Assembly (NCBI GenBank): GCA_965215005.1
Contig: CBDCCZ010000044.1
Span: forward strand, 96,001-160,000
DNA: 64,000 nt
Origin: Kofleriaceae bacterium
Lineage (GTDB): Bacteria; Myxococcota_A; Polyangia; Haliangiales; Haliangiaceae
Direction: 5' to 3'
Shown piece by piece: positions 23,158-33,420 of this stretch; the first letter of the stretch is position 1; each line of letters begins with the position of its first letter. A model generated the notes under the pieces. That model ran no database searches. It was not told where the DNA came from and was given only the letters and a program-made list of their open reading frames with translations. Both the position numbers and the translations under genes were made by a program.

Positions 23158-25659
23158 TTACAAGTAGCCGCTGCGTTGCCGCAGTAGCCACTCGAGCCCG
23201 AGGAACAGCAGCGCCGCGAGGAGCAGCCCGGGGCGGCTCCAAAGCTCGACATCGGCGCGGCGATCGACGCGGACGATGCGTGGCGGTGCAAAGGGCAGGG
23301 ATGAAGGAAGTTCAGAGGCGGCGGCCAGGTGGGTGCCGCCGGTGCGGGCGGCGATTGCGGCGAGAGTGTCGTCGTAGGCATCGGGGCGATCGAGCTCGGC
23401 GCTGCCCTCGCGCACCATGAAGATGTCGGTGGCTTCGACCTCTTTACCAGCGACCGTGGCAGTCGCTCGCGCGCGATACACGCCCGGCTCCAAGCCGCCG
23501 AGGTCGACACTGCCGTCGCCGGCGTCGCCGGTTTTGACCGCGCGCTGCGTGACCTCCTCGAGCGCGTTCGGATCCGCGCCACGCCGCACCTCGATGGCGA
23601 CTTCGGCGCCGGCAAGCGGCGTGTACTCGCGATTGGTGAGGCGCACGTCTAGCCGCACCGGCGCCCCCGGCTCGTACTGCACAGCGTCGCTCTCGACGTG
23701 CAAGTAGCGCAGCTCTGGATCGTGAATCAGCCAGCGGATGGAGTTTTCCCAGAGCTTGTCGTAGGCGCGACCATCATCGCCGGGTTTGGCGGCGGCAACG
23801 AAGCCCCAGCGCCACAGCGAATCGGTGGTGACGACGAGCGAGCGACCCTGCCCGTATTCGCCCACTACCATGACCGGCAGCGGATTTTTTTTGCTCAGGC
23901 GCAGGCGAGGATGCACCGCGAGCACGGTGCTATCGGGTTTGGCGCTGGCAATGATGTTGGTGCCGCGCAGCGCTGGCAGCGCCGCCCACGCGGCCACGTT
24001 GTCGCGGCTGGCGAACCGCAGCGAGGTCACGGGATGGGCGCGCCCGGCTTCGGTGAGCTGCGGCGAAAACGGCTCCGTGTCCAGCAGCTGCTCGGGAGGC
24101 CGCCAGCTCTCGAGCAGCTCGACCGGTAGCGCCTGCGCCACCGGCGTGTCTGCGTAACCGCCGGAAGAAAACGAGCGGTCGCCACCCAACATGACCAAGC
24201 CACCACCGCCTTCGACGTAGCTGCGAATGTTCTCCAGGTACACGCCGATCCCGTAGGGGCCGTACTCGAAATTTTGCAGGACGATGAGATCGAAGGACGG
24301 CAGCTCTTCTTGGAACAGCTCGCGGGTCGGAAACGGTATCAGCGACATTTCATCGTTGGACACGGCGGTCACGTCATCGTGGGTGCGCAAGATGAAGAAC
24401 GAGATGAGATCGACATTGGGGTTTTGCTCGAGCATTCGGCGCAGCGCGCGGACATCCCACGACGGCGCGCCAGCGACTTGCAGCACGCGAATCTTGTCGC
24501 GGATGACGCGCAGCACGAAGAAGCGGCGATTGTTCTCACTCACCGCTTCGTCTTCGGCAACCGGCGTGGCGATCTCGTAGACGTACTTGCCAACCCGCGG
24601 CGGCGTGAGCTCGAAGACCACCTTGGCTTCGTGCACACCCGCTTCGAGCTCGATCCACTGCTGCCGCAGCGGCTTGCCATCGCTGGAGAGCGTCACCGGA
24701 ATTCGCCGCTTCGCGTAGCCGGTGGTTCGGACCACTGCCTCGAGCCGGACCACCGTGCGCACGAACGCAAACTCGTCGGCCATGACTTTGGCGATGGCAA
24801 CGTCTTTGAGGCCCTGCCGGCCGACCCAGACGGTGTGCACTTTGGCTTCGAGGGAAGCGAGAAAATCGCGCGATGCGCCGTCTTTGGCGCCCACCTCGAA
24901 ACCGCCGGTGCCGACGCCGTCGCTGATGAGCACCACGCCGGCCAAGTCGCGTCCTTCGTAGCGAGCGCGCACTTGTTCGAGTGCTTGGCGAATGAGAGTG
25001 GCCTTGCCGGTCGGCTCGCCGCGCGATGCACTGGCGAGCGACGAAGGCGTGAGCGCATCACTAAAGGTGTAAACGTCCAGGTGATGGCGCTTGCGCCAGG
25101 CGTCGAACGCCGGCGCCGAGGCATCGAGCAGCGTTCGCGCTCGCGCGGCGCGCGTTGGGCCATCGGCACTCTCTCCGAGTGCCATCGAGCGCGAGTCGTC
25201 GACGAGCAGCGCGATGCGGTTGGGCTCGCTCGCGACTTGCCGCAGCTCGACTGCCGGCTCGAGAAACAAAATGAGCGCCGTGAGAGCCGCGGCGCTGCGC
25301 AATCCCACCATCGCAGCACGACGCCATGGCGAGGCGATGCGCGCGGTGGTGCGCCACGCCAGCGCGATGATGAGCGCCACCGCGACGAGCCCGAGGCCAA
25401 CGCCGAGCCGCCCCCAAGGCGCGAGCAGTACCCAGCGATACTCATTGAAGTCGACCTGCTCCGGCGCCGCGGCCGACACCGCGAGGGCGATCAGCTGCTC
25501 GAGCACCAGCGCTCCCGCCGCCGCCGCCGCGGTTACCGCGCCGATGACCGCGAGTCCGGCGCGTCCACGGCGGCCGAGAAGCCACGCGAGCACGCCTGCG
25601 ATGATCGCAAGCGCAAATAGGCTCCCGCGCTCACCACCGGTAAAGATGTGGACGTTCAC
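23158..25659 (-). CDS. Membrane protein with vWA-like and GATase1-like domains
   Basis: LLVDDSRSM (MIDAS-like), VLISDG, YVEGGGGLVMLGG, terminal LEWLLR. Confidence 0.8.
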   Translation of the reverse strand: MNVHIFTGGERGSLFALAIIAGVLAWLLGRRGRAGLAVIGAVTAAAAAGALVLEQLIALAVSAAAPEQVDFNEYRWVLLAPWGRLGVGLGLVAVALIIALAWRTTARIASPWRRAAMVGLRSAAALTALILFLEPAVELRQVASEPNRIALLVDDSRSMALGESADGPTRAARARTLLDASAPAFDAWRKRHHLDVYTFSDALTPSSLASASRGEPTGKATLIRQALEQVRARYEGRDLAGVVLISDGVGTGGFEVGAKDGASRDFLASLEAKVHTVWVGRQGLKDVAIAKVMADEFAFVRTVVRLEAVVRTTGYAKRRIPVTLSSDGKPLRQQWIELEAGVHEAKVVFELTPPRVGKYVYEIATPVAEDEAVSENNRRFFVLRVIRDKIRVLQVAGAPSWDVRALRRMLEQNPNVDLISFFILRTHDDVTAVSNDEMSLIPFPTRELFQEELPSFDLIVLQNFEYGPYGIGVYLENIRSYVEGGGGLVMLGGDRSFSSGGYADTPVAQALPVELLESWRPPEQLLDTEPFSPQLTEAGRAHPVTSLRFASRDNVAAWAALPALRGTNIIASAKPDSTVLAVHPRLRLSKKNPLPVMVVGEYGQGRSLVVTTDSLWRWGFVAAAKPGDDGRAYDKLWENSIRWLIHDPELRYLHVESDAVQYEPGAPVRLDVRLTNREYTPLAGAEVAIEVRRGADPNALEEVTQRAVKTGDAGDGSVDLGGLEPGVYRARATATVAGKEVEATDIFMVREGSAELDRPDAYDDTLAAIAARTGGTHLAAASELPSSLPFAPPRIVRVDRRADVELWSRPGLLLAALLFLGLEWLLRQRSGYL

Positions 25660-26453
25660 GGAGTCTTGGGCTCGGCGCCGTCTTCGGGTCGCCAGCGGCG
25701 ACGGCGCATGATGAACGGAACGTGCACTTGGTCGGATTTATAGTCCAGGCACAGCGCGTACATGACGATGTTGATGCCCATCCGCTCGGCCATCTCACGC
25801 TGCGGCTCACCCCCGGGAACGCACTGAAACTCGTGGTTACCGAAGTTATCGCGCGCCCACGCTCCGCCGAGATCGTTTTGCACGTAAGCGATGACGAGCC
25901 GATCGTCGCGGGTGATTCCTTCCATCACCGGGCTCACCGCGACGCGGCCGACGGGACGATCCACTAAGTAGAACGACTTGTAGATCACGTGGTCGATGGC
26001 AACCAGAGCCAGACCTTCGCTCGGCGGCGGATACAGCGCCTCGATGAGCCGGCGTACTGATCTATCAAAGGCGCCGTTGGTAGTGCCTTCGGCCGAGTCG
26101 ATGAGTAGAAAGCCGCCAAAGGTGAGAAAGCGCCGCAGCGCCGCCACGGCCGGCTCGCTGGGAACGGCGAACTCACGATCGCCGGCGAGATACAAAAATG
26201 GCGTCTCGTGCAGGTCTGGATCGGTGAGACGCACCGTCTTGGGCTCGAGCTCCACCGCGATGGCGGTGCGCTTCTCGACCTCCCAGCCGAGTCGCCGCAA
26301 CGCCGAAGGTCGTGGATTCCAGCGCTCACCGAGAGCGAGGTGGCCGATGCGGAACTTGGAGGCTTCGCCGATCGCGTGAGAGGATCGCTGGCGCATGCCG
26401 AGCACACCGGCCACGCCAGCCGCAAAGATCCTGAGCACGTTGCGGCGATGCAT
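25656..26453 (-). CDS. DUF4159-domain protein, possible Tat signal
   Basis: PFLYLAG, LRRFLTFGGFLLID, HVIYKSFY, NDLGGAW, MGINIVMYAL; MHRRNVL start. Confidence 0.85.
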   Translation of the reverse strand: MHRRNVLRIFAAGVAGVLGMRQRSSHAIGEASKFRIGHLALGERWNPRPSALRRLGWEVEKRTAIAVELEPKTVRLTDPDLHETPFLYLAGDREFAVPSEPAVAALRRFLTFGGFLLIDSAEGTTNGAFDRSVRRLIEALYPPPSEGLALVAIDHVIYKSFYLVDRPVGRVAVSPVMEGITRDDRLVIAYVQNDLGGAWARDNFGNHEFQCVPGGEPQREMAERMGINIVMYALCLDYKSDQVHVPFIMRRRRWRPEDGAEPKTP

Positions 26454-26535
26454 TGCCGCAAAGGTAGCGGCTCGTCTCTGCTCTGGCCAGCGCCGCAACG
26501 GCGCAGGTGCATGGGGCGCGACATCTGCCGGAGCA

Positions 26536-26689
26536 CGAGTACGCCGCCGCGGGTTTTCTGACCCAGAAATCCGCCGCCCCGATGCGGGGCAAGGGCGGCA
26601 GATTTCTGCTGCTCAGGCGCCGCGTTCGGCGTCTCCCCAAGCGATTGTTGTTTTTCGAGCGGTTCACGACTTCCGCCGTGAACCACGAG
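26536..26689 (-). mobile_element. 150-bp structured repeat, copy 1 (intergenic)
   Basis: Reverse complement aligns with 37416..37569; flanked by CGAG at 26536 and 26686. Confidence 0.85.
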
Positions 26690-26711
26690 CTCCCACATAC
26701 GGCGCGGCGCG

Positions 26712-28340
26712 GTGACAGCAGGGGCGGCCCGCATCGCATCCCCAGGCCGCCCGTGTTCGACGCCTCCGGTGCCACTCGAGGAGCTCGAGGAGCTGGCGCG
26801 GCGGCTGGCACTGGAGCTGGATTTTCAGCTTCTGGTGGCCATTGCGGCGGAGATGGCGCAATGCGACTCGGGGGCGCCTGAGCTGTGCGGGCGGGTATAC
26901 GAGCAGCGGTTGGCGAGTCGACGGACGCAGCGACGCGCCATCGGCAGCTACTACACGCCGGCGTGGCTGGTGGAGCAAGTGCTCGCGCGGTGCATGGCCG
27001 CCGGTGATCGGGTGCTCGATCCGGCGTGCGGCGGTGGCGCGTTTCTTCTGGCTGCTTGGCGTCGCGGTGCCGCGTTGCTCGCTGGCATCGATGTCGATCC
27101 TGGCGCGGTAGCGGTGTGTCGGCTGGCCTTGGCTCTCGAAGGCGTTCCCGCGGCCGCGGTGCATCTCGAGGTGGCCGATGCGCTGCTTGCGCCGGCGCAC
27201 GTGCATGCTCCGTTCGACGCCGTGATCGGCAATCCACCGTGGGGGCAGAAAGGCTTTCGCTTTGCGCCATCGGTGGCGGCGGCGCTGCGACGGCGATATC
27301 GCACCGCGGGCGGCGTGCTCGATCCCTTTAAGCTGTTCGTCGAGCTCGCTCACGAGCGCACGCGCGCCAGCGGGCGCTGGGGCTTGGTGTTGCCCGACAT
27401 CGTGCTGTTGAAGAATCAAGCGCCGCTGCGCGCGTTGGTGCTCACGGAGACGTCTCTCGAGCACATCCTCGATTGCGGTCGCGTGTTCGCCAGCGTTCAG
27501 CTCGATGCGGTGGCGCTGATCGCGCGCAAGGGGCCGCCGTCAACGAGCCATCGAACGCGGATCTGGCGGCGCGAAGCAAGCTCGGAGAAGCTCACGGAGC
27601 GTGCGTCCATCGCACAGCGCGTGTTCTTTGAGCAGCCCGGTCACAAGCTCAATATTCACCTAACCGATGCGATCCTCGCGCGTCTGCGGCGATTGGCGCC
27701 GCTGCCGCGACTTGCATCGCGCTTCGAGATTCATGAAGGCGTGCACTCGGGCAACGTGCGCCACAAGCTGTTTGTCGCCGCTCCGGGGCCGCATCGCGTG
27801 CCGCTCATCATTGGTCGCGGTGAGCTCGCGCGGTATCGCTTGCGGTGGGCCGGCGGGTATCTGGATCGCTCGCCAGGACTCGTGGACAAAGTCGCCGGTG
27901 AGTACGCCAACCTCGGCCGGCGGCAATGGCATGAGCGCGCCAAAATCGTCGTTCGCCGCACCGGCGATCTGGTCATTGCGGCGCTGGATGAGCGCGGCGT
28001 GTACGTGAGTAACAACGCCTTCGTGGTGGTGCCGCGGCAATCGATGGAGACAGATGAGCTCCGCGCCTGGGTGGGGTATCTCAACAGCGCGCTCATAACG
28101 TGGTATTTCCGCGCCGTGCAGCCGCGCACGGGACGATTATTCGCCGAGCTCAAGATTGCCCAGCTCGGCGAGTTTCCCGTGCCCCAACCATGTGTGTGGC
28201 ATGCCCACCGGCAGCGCATCGCAGCGCTGGTGGCCGAGGTGGGGCACGGCCAGCGAGCTGAGCTCGCTGCGCTCGCGGAGCTAGATCGTTGCGTTGAGCG
28301 AATGCTGCTGGGCGAGAAGGCACCTGCGAGCGCGGTTTGA
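26712..28340 (+). CDS. N6-adenine DNA methyltransferase, gamma class with TaqI-like C-terminal domain
   Basis: GSYYTP, VLDPACGGGAFL, VIGNPPW, KIVVRRT, GYLNS; start uncertain. Confidence 0.88.
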   Translation: MTAGAARIASPGRPCSTPPVPLEELEELARRLALELDFQLLVAIAAEMAQCDSGAPELCGRVYEQRLASRRTQRRAIGSYYTPAWLVEQVLARCMAAGDRVLDPACGGGAFLLAAWRRGAALLAGIDVDPGAVAVCRLALALEGVPAAAVHLEVADALLAPAHVHAPFDAVIGNPPWGQKGFRFAPSVAAALRRRYRTAGGVLDPFKLFVELAHERTRASGRWGLVLPDIVLLKNQAPLRALVLTETSLEHILDCGRVFASVQLDAVALIARKGPPSTSHRTRIWRREASSEKLTERASIAQRVFFEQPGHKLNIHLTDAILARLRRLAPLPRLASRFEIHEGVHSGNVRHKLFVAAPGPHRVPLIIGRGELARYRLRWAGGYLDRSPGLVDKVAGEYANLGRRQWHERAKIVVRRTGDLVIAALDERGVYVSNNAFVVVPRQSMETDELRAWVGYLNSALITWYFRAVQPRTGRLFAELKIAQLGEFPVPQPCVWHAHRQRIAALVAEVGHGQRAELAALAELDRCVERMLLGEKAPASAV

Positions 28341-28353
28341 TAAGCTTGCCGGC

Positions 28354-29310
28354 GTGATATCCGGCAAGCGGGTTCTCATTACGGGGGGCGCCGGCTTCAT
28401 CGGCTCGCATCTGGCCGAGCGGCTGGTTAAAGACAACCACGTCGTCATCTACGACAACTACCGGCGCGATGCGTTCACCGGTCTGGGGCTCGATTCTCAT
28501 CCGCGAGTAACCGTCATCCGCGGTGACGTGCTCGACCTCGATGGCGTGCGCGAAGCAATGCGCGGTTGCGACTGCGTCATCCACATGGCGTCCATCGCCG
28601 GCGTCGACACCGTCATGAAGAACCCGGTGCTCACCATGCGAGTGGCGATGACCGGCACCCAAAACGTGCTCGAGGCGGCGCATTCGCAGGGCGCGATGCA
28701 TCGCTTCATCGACTTCTCTACGAGTGAGGTCTTCGGGCGCTTTGCCTACCAAGTGACTGAGTTCGACGCCACCACCCTCGGCGCCGTGGGCGAAGCCCGC
28801 TGGACCTATGCGGTGGCCAAGCTGGCGACCGAACACCTGGCGATGAACTATCATAAGGAGCTGGCGCTGCCGACGTGCAGCATTCGGCCTTTCAATATCT
28901 ATGGGCCACGCCAGGTGGGCGAGGGCGCGATTCACCACTTCATACGCCGTGCGCTCACCGGTGAGCCGCTGGTGGTGCACAACGATGGCGCGCAGATTCG
29001 CGCGTGGTGCTATATCGACGACATCGTCGAGGCGATCCTCTTGTGCCTCGAGCGCGATAGCGCCGTGGGACACGCCTTCAATATCGGCAATCCGCGGTCG
29101 ACGGTCACCATCTACAACCTCGCGCGGGAGATCGTTCGCCTGTCTTCTTCTTCATCGCCGATTCAATTCAAGGAATGGCCGCACGCCGACGTGAACATCC
29201 GGGTTCCCTCGGTGGACAAGGCTCGCGAGCTGCTGGGATATCGCGCGCAGATTGATCTCGAAGAAGGTCTGCTCCGCACCATCCAGTGGTATCGCCGCAA
29301 TCAGGGGTGA
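28354..29310 (+). CDS. NAD-dependent epimerase/dehydratase (extended SDR)
   Basis: ITGGAGFIGSHL, STSEVFG, YAVAK, RPFNIYGP. Confidence 0.93.
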   Translation: MISGKRVLITGGAGFIGSHLAERLVKDNHVVIYDNYRRDAFTGLGLDSHPRVTVIRGDVLDLDGVREAMRGCDCVIHMASIAGVDTVMKNPVLTMRVAMTGTQNVLEAAHSQGAMHRFIDFSTSEVFGRFAYQVTEFDATTLGAVGEARWTYAVAKLATEHLAMNYHKELALPTCSIRPFNIYGPRQVGEGAIHHFIRRALTGEPLVVHNDGAQIRAWCYIDDIVEAILLCLERDSAVGHAFNIGNPRSTVTIYNLAREIVRLSSSSSPIQFKEWPHADVNIRVPSVDKARELLGYRAQIDLEEGLLRTIQWYRRNQG

Positions 29311-29314
29311 GGGT

Positions 29315-30415
29315 ATGCGCATTCCTCTGGCACGACCCTCCGTGAGTGAGGCAGACATTGCTGCCACCGAGCGGGTGCTGCGCTCGGGACAGCTGGTGCT
29401 CGGCGCCGAAAACGAGCGCTTCGAGCGCGCTTTGGCCGAGGCAACCTCGCGCACCCACGCGATCGCTTGCACCTCCGGAACCGCGGCGCTCGAGCTGGCG
29501 CTATGGGCACTGGGAATTGGCCCCGGCGATGAAGTGATCGTCCCCGCGGCCGGATTTCCAGCCGCGCCCAACGCGGTGTTGCGTCTGGGCGCCACTCCGG
29601 TGGCCGTCGACGTCGAGGCTGGCAGCTGGAATCTCGACTTCGAGAAGGCGTACGCCGCGGTCGGCGAACGCACCCGCGCCGCGGTTTCGATCGATCTCTT
29701 CGGCTTGGTACACGATAGCGCCGCCGCCGAGCGCTTCGCCAGCGCCGCACGCATCGCCCTCGTCGACGATGCTGCCTGTTCGCTCGGCGCCAGTGATGCC
29801 GACGGCGCGGTCGGTGGCAGCTACGGCGCCATCGGCACGCTGTCGTTTCATCCGCGCAAGGTGATCAGTACCGGCGAAGGCGGCGCAATCGTCTGCGACG
29901 ACGACGAGCTCGCGACCATCTTGCGCGAGCTGCGCAACCACGGCCAAGCAGGACGTGGACGCTTTGCCCGTCCCGGCACCAACGTGCGCTTGCCTGAGAC
30001 CGCCGCGGCCATGGGCTGCGCGCAGCTCGAGCGCCTCGGCGGTATGATTTCCGAGCGACGACTGCTCGCCGATGGCTACTGCGAACGCCTGGCGCCGCTG
30101 CGCAACGGCAATGTTCTCCAGTGGCAGCTGGCGCCCGAGGGCGCGGAGCACTGCTATCAGACGTTTGCCGTGCGCTTGGAGGAAGGCATCGACCGCGCCG
30201 CGGTGATCGCCAGGCTCAGCGAGCGGGATATCGAGGCGGGCGTTGCCACCTATTCCATGACTCGACTGCCCACTCTGGCCGAGTTGCCCAAGGTCACGCC
30301 GTGCAGCAACGCCGAGTTGCTTCACGATCAAGGCCTGGCCTTGCCGCTCTATGTCGGCATGCGCTCGACTGAGCTCGATCGCGTGTGCGAGGCGCTGCGC
30401 GAGGTGCTGCGATGA
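29315..30415 (+). CDS. DegT/DnrJ/EryC1/StrS aminotransferase
   Basis: SGTAAL, DDAACSLG, SFHPRKVISTGEGG. Confidence 0.93.
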   Translation: MRIPLARPSVSEADIAATERVLRSGQLVLGAENERFERALAEATSRTHAIACTSGTAALELALWALGIGPGDEVIVPAAGFPAAPNAVLRLGATPVAVDVEAGSWNLDFEKAYAAVGERTRAAVSIDLFGLVHDSAAAERFASAARIALVDDAACSLGASDADGAVGGSYGAIGTLSFHPRKVISTGEGGAIVCDDDELATILRELRNHGQAGRGRFARPGTNVRLPETAAAMGCAQLERLGGMISERRLLADGYCERLAPLRNGNVLQWQLAPEGAEHCYQTFAVRLEEGIDRAAVIARLSERDIEAGVATYSMTRLPTLAELPKVTPCSNAELLHDQGLALPLYVGMRSTELDRVCEALREVLR

Positions 30416-31398
30416 CGTGCGCCATCGAGGTTGAAAATCTGGCCAAGATATACCGCGCGCCGTTCTCGCGGCGCCGCGTGGAAGCGGTGCGCGGGGTAAC
30501 ACTCACGATCGAAGCGGGCGAGGTCTTTGGCTTCTTGGGCCCCAACGGCGCCGGCAAGACGTCGACCATTCGCATGTTGATGGGCTTGATTCGACCCAGC
30601 AGCGGGCTCGCGCGCATCTTTGGGCATCGGATTCCGAGTCGAGAGGCACGCGCTCGCGTCGGGTTCTTGCCCGAGTCGCCGTACTTCTATACCTACCTAA
30701 CGGTGGCGGAGCTGCTGGATCTGACCGGCCGGCTCTTTGGCCAAGGGCGCAGTGAGCGGCGCAAACGCGCCAATGAGCTCATCGAGCTGGTGGGCCTTTC
30801 GCATGCGCGCTCGACAGCGCTGCGCAAGTACTCCAAAGGGATGCTGCAGCGTGCCGGTATCGCGCAAGCGCTCATGAACGATCCTGACTTGGTGGTGTTC
30901 GATGAGCCGATGAGCGGGCTCGATCCGGTGGGCAGACGCGACGTCCGCGACATCATCTATCGGCTCCGCGATGCCAAAAAAACCGTGTTCTTCTCCTCGC
31001 ACATCCTGGCTGATGTCGAGTCGGTGAGCGACCGTGTGGCCATCGTCGTTCGCGGCCAGGTCAAGGAGCTCGGCAGCGTTGCCGAGCTGGTAGGCAAGGA
31101 GCGAGTGGGCACTGAGCTGGTGCTGCACGTCGGCGCTGGCGAAGCCGCCCGAATCGCCAGCGAGCTCAGCGCACTGGGCACCACGCGCCACGTCGAGGGC
31201 ACCATTACCGCCACGCTTCCCGCCACTGGCGACGTCGATGCGTTTCTCGTGCGCGCCCGTGAGCTCGGGGCTCGGGTGCACGCGGTGACGCCCAAGCATC
31301 AAACCCTCGAAGACCGCTTCATCGCGCTCGCCCGCGGCGCCGACTCCCATCCGGGCAACCGAGAACGCCATGAGGTCAGCATCGAGGCGCAGCCATGA
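30412..31398 (+). CDS. ABC transporter ATP-binding protein (PilH-like)
   Basis: GPNGAGKT, YSKGMLQR, FDEPMSGLD, SSH. Confidence 0.92.
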   Translation: MTCAIEVENLAKIYRAPFSRRRVEAVRGVTLTIEAGEVFGFLGPNGAGKTSTIRMLMGLIRPSSGLARIFGHRIPSREARARVGFLPESPYFYTYLTVAELLDLTGRLFGQGRSERRKRANELIELVGLSHARSTALRKYSKGMLQRAGIAQALMNDPDLVVFDEPMSGLDPVGRRDVRDIIYRLRDAKKTVFFSSHILADVESVSDRVAIVVRGQVKELGSVAELVGKERVGTELVLHVGAGEAARIASELSALGTTRHVEGTITATLPATGDVDAFLVRARELGARVHAVTPKHQTLEDRFIALARGADSHPGNRERHEVSIEAQP

Positions 31399-32186
31399 TC
31401 GGTCGCATCATCGCCATCGCGCTCAATACCTTTCGCGAAGCGGTACGCAATCGTGTGGTTCACGCGGTGGTCGTGGTTGCCCTTGCGTTGATGATGGCCG
31501 CCATCGTCATCGGCGAGATGTCGCTGCACGAGGAAGCGCGCGTCGCACGCGACCTGGGTCTGTTCGTGCTGTCGCTGTTTGGCATCCTCACCGCGATCAT
31601 CCTCGGCTCCATGCTGCTCTATACCGAGATCGCCCGGCGCACGATTCACACTATTTTGGCCAAACCTCTCGAGCGTTGGGAATTCGTCGCCGGCAAGTAC
31701 GCAGGCATGGCCCTCACGCTGCTGTTCATCGTTGGCGTCTTCACCGGCTGCATGATCGTCTTGTTATGGCTGCAAGACGTTCCCTTCACCGCCGCATTGG
31801 CCAAAGCGGTGGTTCTTGCCTACTTGGAAATCCTCGTCATCGCTGCAGTGGCGGTGTTCTTTTCGTCGTTTTCTAGTCCAGTGTTGTCCGGACTGTTTAC
31901 CTTCGGCGTGTTCATCGTCGGTCGTCTCACCGCCGAGATGCGCCTCATCCTCGAGCAGAGCAAAGACGTTGGAATCGAGAATGCACTGCGGGCAACGCTA
32001 TGGCTGGTGCCCGACTTGCACCTCTTCGCGATCTCGGGTGGCACGGTCGATGGCGAGTACGTGAGCGTTCATAGTCAATTCGTCGACTGGGGATATGTCT
32101 CGAGCGCGGCCTTGTATGCGCTGCTGTGGATCGCGATCCTGCTGGGGCTTGGTTTTGCGATCTTTGCGCGGCGGGACTTTGCTTGA
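31395..32186 (+). CDS. ABC-2 type permease (PilI-like)
   Basis: IALNTFREAVRNR, RRTIHTILAKP, terminal FARRDF; multiple TM segments. Confidence 0.85.
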   Translation: MIGRIIAIALNTFREAVRNRVVHAVVVVALALMMAAIVIGEMSLHEEARVARDLGLFVLSLFGILTAIILGSMLLYTEIARRTIHTILAKPLERWEFVAGKYAGMALTLLFIVGVFTGCMIVLLWLQDVPFTAALAKAVVLAYLEILVIAAVAVFFSSFSSPVLSGLFTFGVFIVGRLTAEMRLILEQSKDVGIENALRATLWLVPDLHLFAISGGTVDGEYVSVHSQFVDWGYVSSAALYALLWIAILLGLGFAIFARRDFA

Positions 32187-32842
32187 TGGGTGCGCGCGAG
32201 CGGCGTCGCAAGCTGATCACCGGTGCGGTGGTGGTCGCGGTGTGCTTCGGTGCGGTGGTGGTGCGTGCAGTTTGGGACGGGCGCGCCGCGCTCAGCACCG
32301 GCGATGCGGCGCTTGCCGCGGGCAACACCGACGAGGCAGTGCGCTGGTGGCGCCGCGCCGCCCGTTGGTACGTGCCCGGTGCGCCCCATGTCGATAGCGC
32401 GTATCAGCGGCTGCAGACGCTGGCAACGCAGGCGGAGGCGCGCAGCGATGTTGCCACCGCGCTTGCTGCTTGGCGGGGGATTCGCAGCTCCATTCTGGCG
32501 ACGCGCAGCCTATGGACACCGCATGAGGAGCTGCTCGAGCCAGCCAATCAACGCATCGCCGCGCTCATGGCAACCTTGGAAGGACCCTCGGCGGATCCGC
32601 AGGCCAGCGAGGTGGAGCGAGCGGCGTGGCACTACCGCTTGCTTGCTCGCGATGAGTCTCCCGCTGTGGGCTGGGTGGTCGTCGCGCTGATTGGTTTTGC
32701 GGCGTGGATCGGCGGGGCCATCGCGTTTGCGCTGCGCGCCGTCACCGCCGACGATGAGCTCGTGGTGAGCACGGCGGTGCGTTGTGGCGTGGTGATTGCC
32801 GCGGGGCTCTTCATTTGGGTGCTCGGCCTTTACAACGCTTAG
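32186..32842 (+). CDS. Hypothetical membrane protein
   Basis: One N-terminal and two C-terminal TM segments; translationally coupled to the permease. Confidence 0.7.
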   Translation: MGARERRRKLITGAVVVAVCFGAVVVRAVWDGRAALSTGDAALAAGNTDEAVRWWRRAARWYVPGAPHVDSAYQRLQTLATQAEARSDVATALAAWRGIRSSILATRSLWTPHEELLEPANQRIAALMATLEGPSADPQASEVERAAWHYRLLARDESPAVGWVVVALIGFAAWIGGAIAFALRAVTADDELVVSTAVRCGVVIAAGLFIWVLGLYNA

Positions 32843-32868
32843 CGGCCTTCGTACCGTGACCAGACCAA

Positions 32869-33417
32869 GTGCTGGACGGGACCGACCTCGAGTTTCTCCG
32901 CGGGCTGTCGATTTTCGCCGGCCTGCCAGCCGATGTGCTCGATACGATCGCCGCGCACGCGCGTCGCGTCGAGCTCACGGCGGGCGAGGTGCTGTTCGTC
33001 GAAGGCGAGCCCGCAAAAGATCTGTTGGTGGTTCGCCAGGGCATGCTGGAGGTCGTGAAGCGCCCCAGCCGCGGCGGCGAGGTCTGCATTGCCGCGCTTT
33101 CTGCCGGTGACGTCGCTGGCGAGATGTCGCTGCTCGATATCCAGCCCCGCTCGGCCGCCGTTCGCGCCGCCGACACCGCCATCGTCATCGTCATCGGCCA
33201 TGGCGACCTCGCCGGCATCTATCGCGAGGACAAAGCCAGCTACACCCTCTTAGTGATGAACATCGCGCGAGAGATCTCGCTGCGCTTGCGTCGGGTGGAT
33301 ACCGTTCTCGCCAATATCATGGCCGAAATCGGAACCGTGACCGGCACCAGCGGGCGCGCTCTCGATGCCGACGAGGAAGCCCTTCTCACCGAGCCGCGCG
33401 ATGTTCGCGGCGATTGA
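32869..33417 (+). CDS. Cyclic-nucleotide-binding domain protein, no HTH evident
   Basis: LFVEGE, GEMSLLDIQPRSAAVRA. Confidence 0.88.
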   Translation: MLDGTDLEFLRGLSIFAGLPADVLDTIAAHARRVELTAGEVLFVEGEPAKDLLVVRQGMLEVVKRPSRGGEVCIAALSAGDVAGEMSLLDIQPRSAAVRAADTAIVIVIGHGDLAGIYREDKASYTLLVMNIAREISLRLRRVDTVLANIMAEIGTVTGTSGRALDADEEALLTEPRDVRGD

Positions 33418-33420
33418 TTC

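Noticed and set aside
25985..26734. 249-aa ORF running through element copy 1
   Set aside because: It is in a different frame from DUF4159 and overlaps it, so it is not a fusion; used only to show that the element frame is open.
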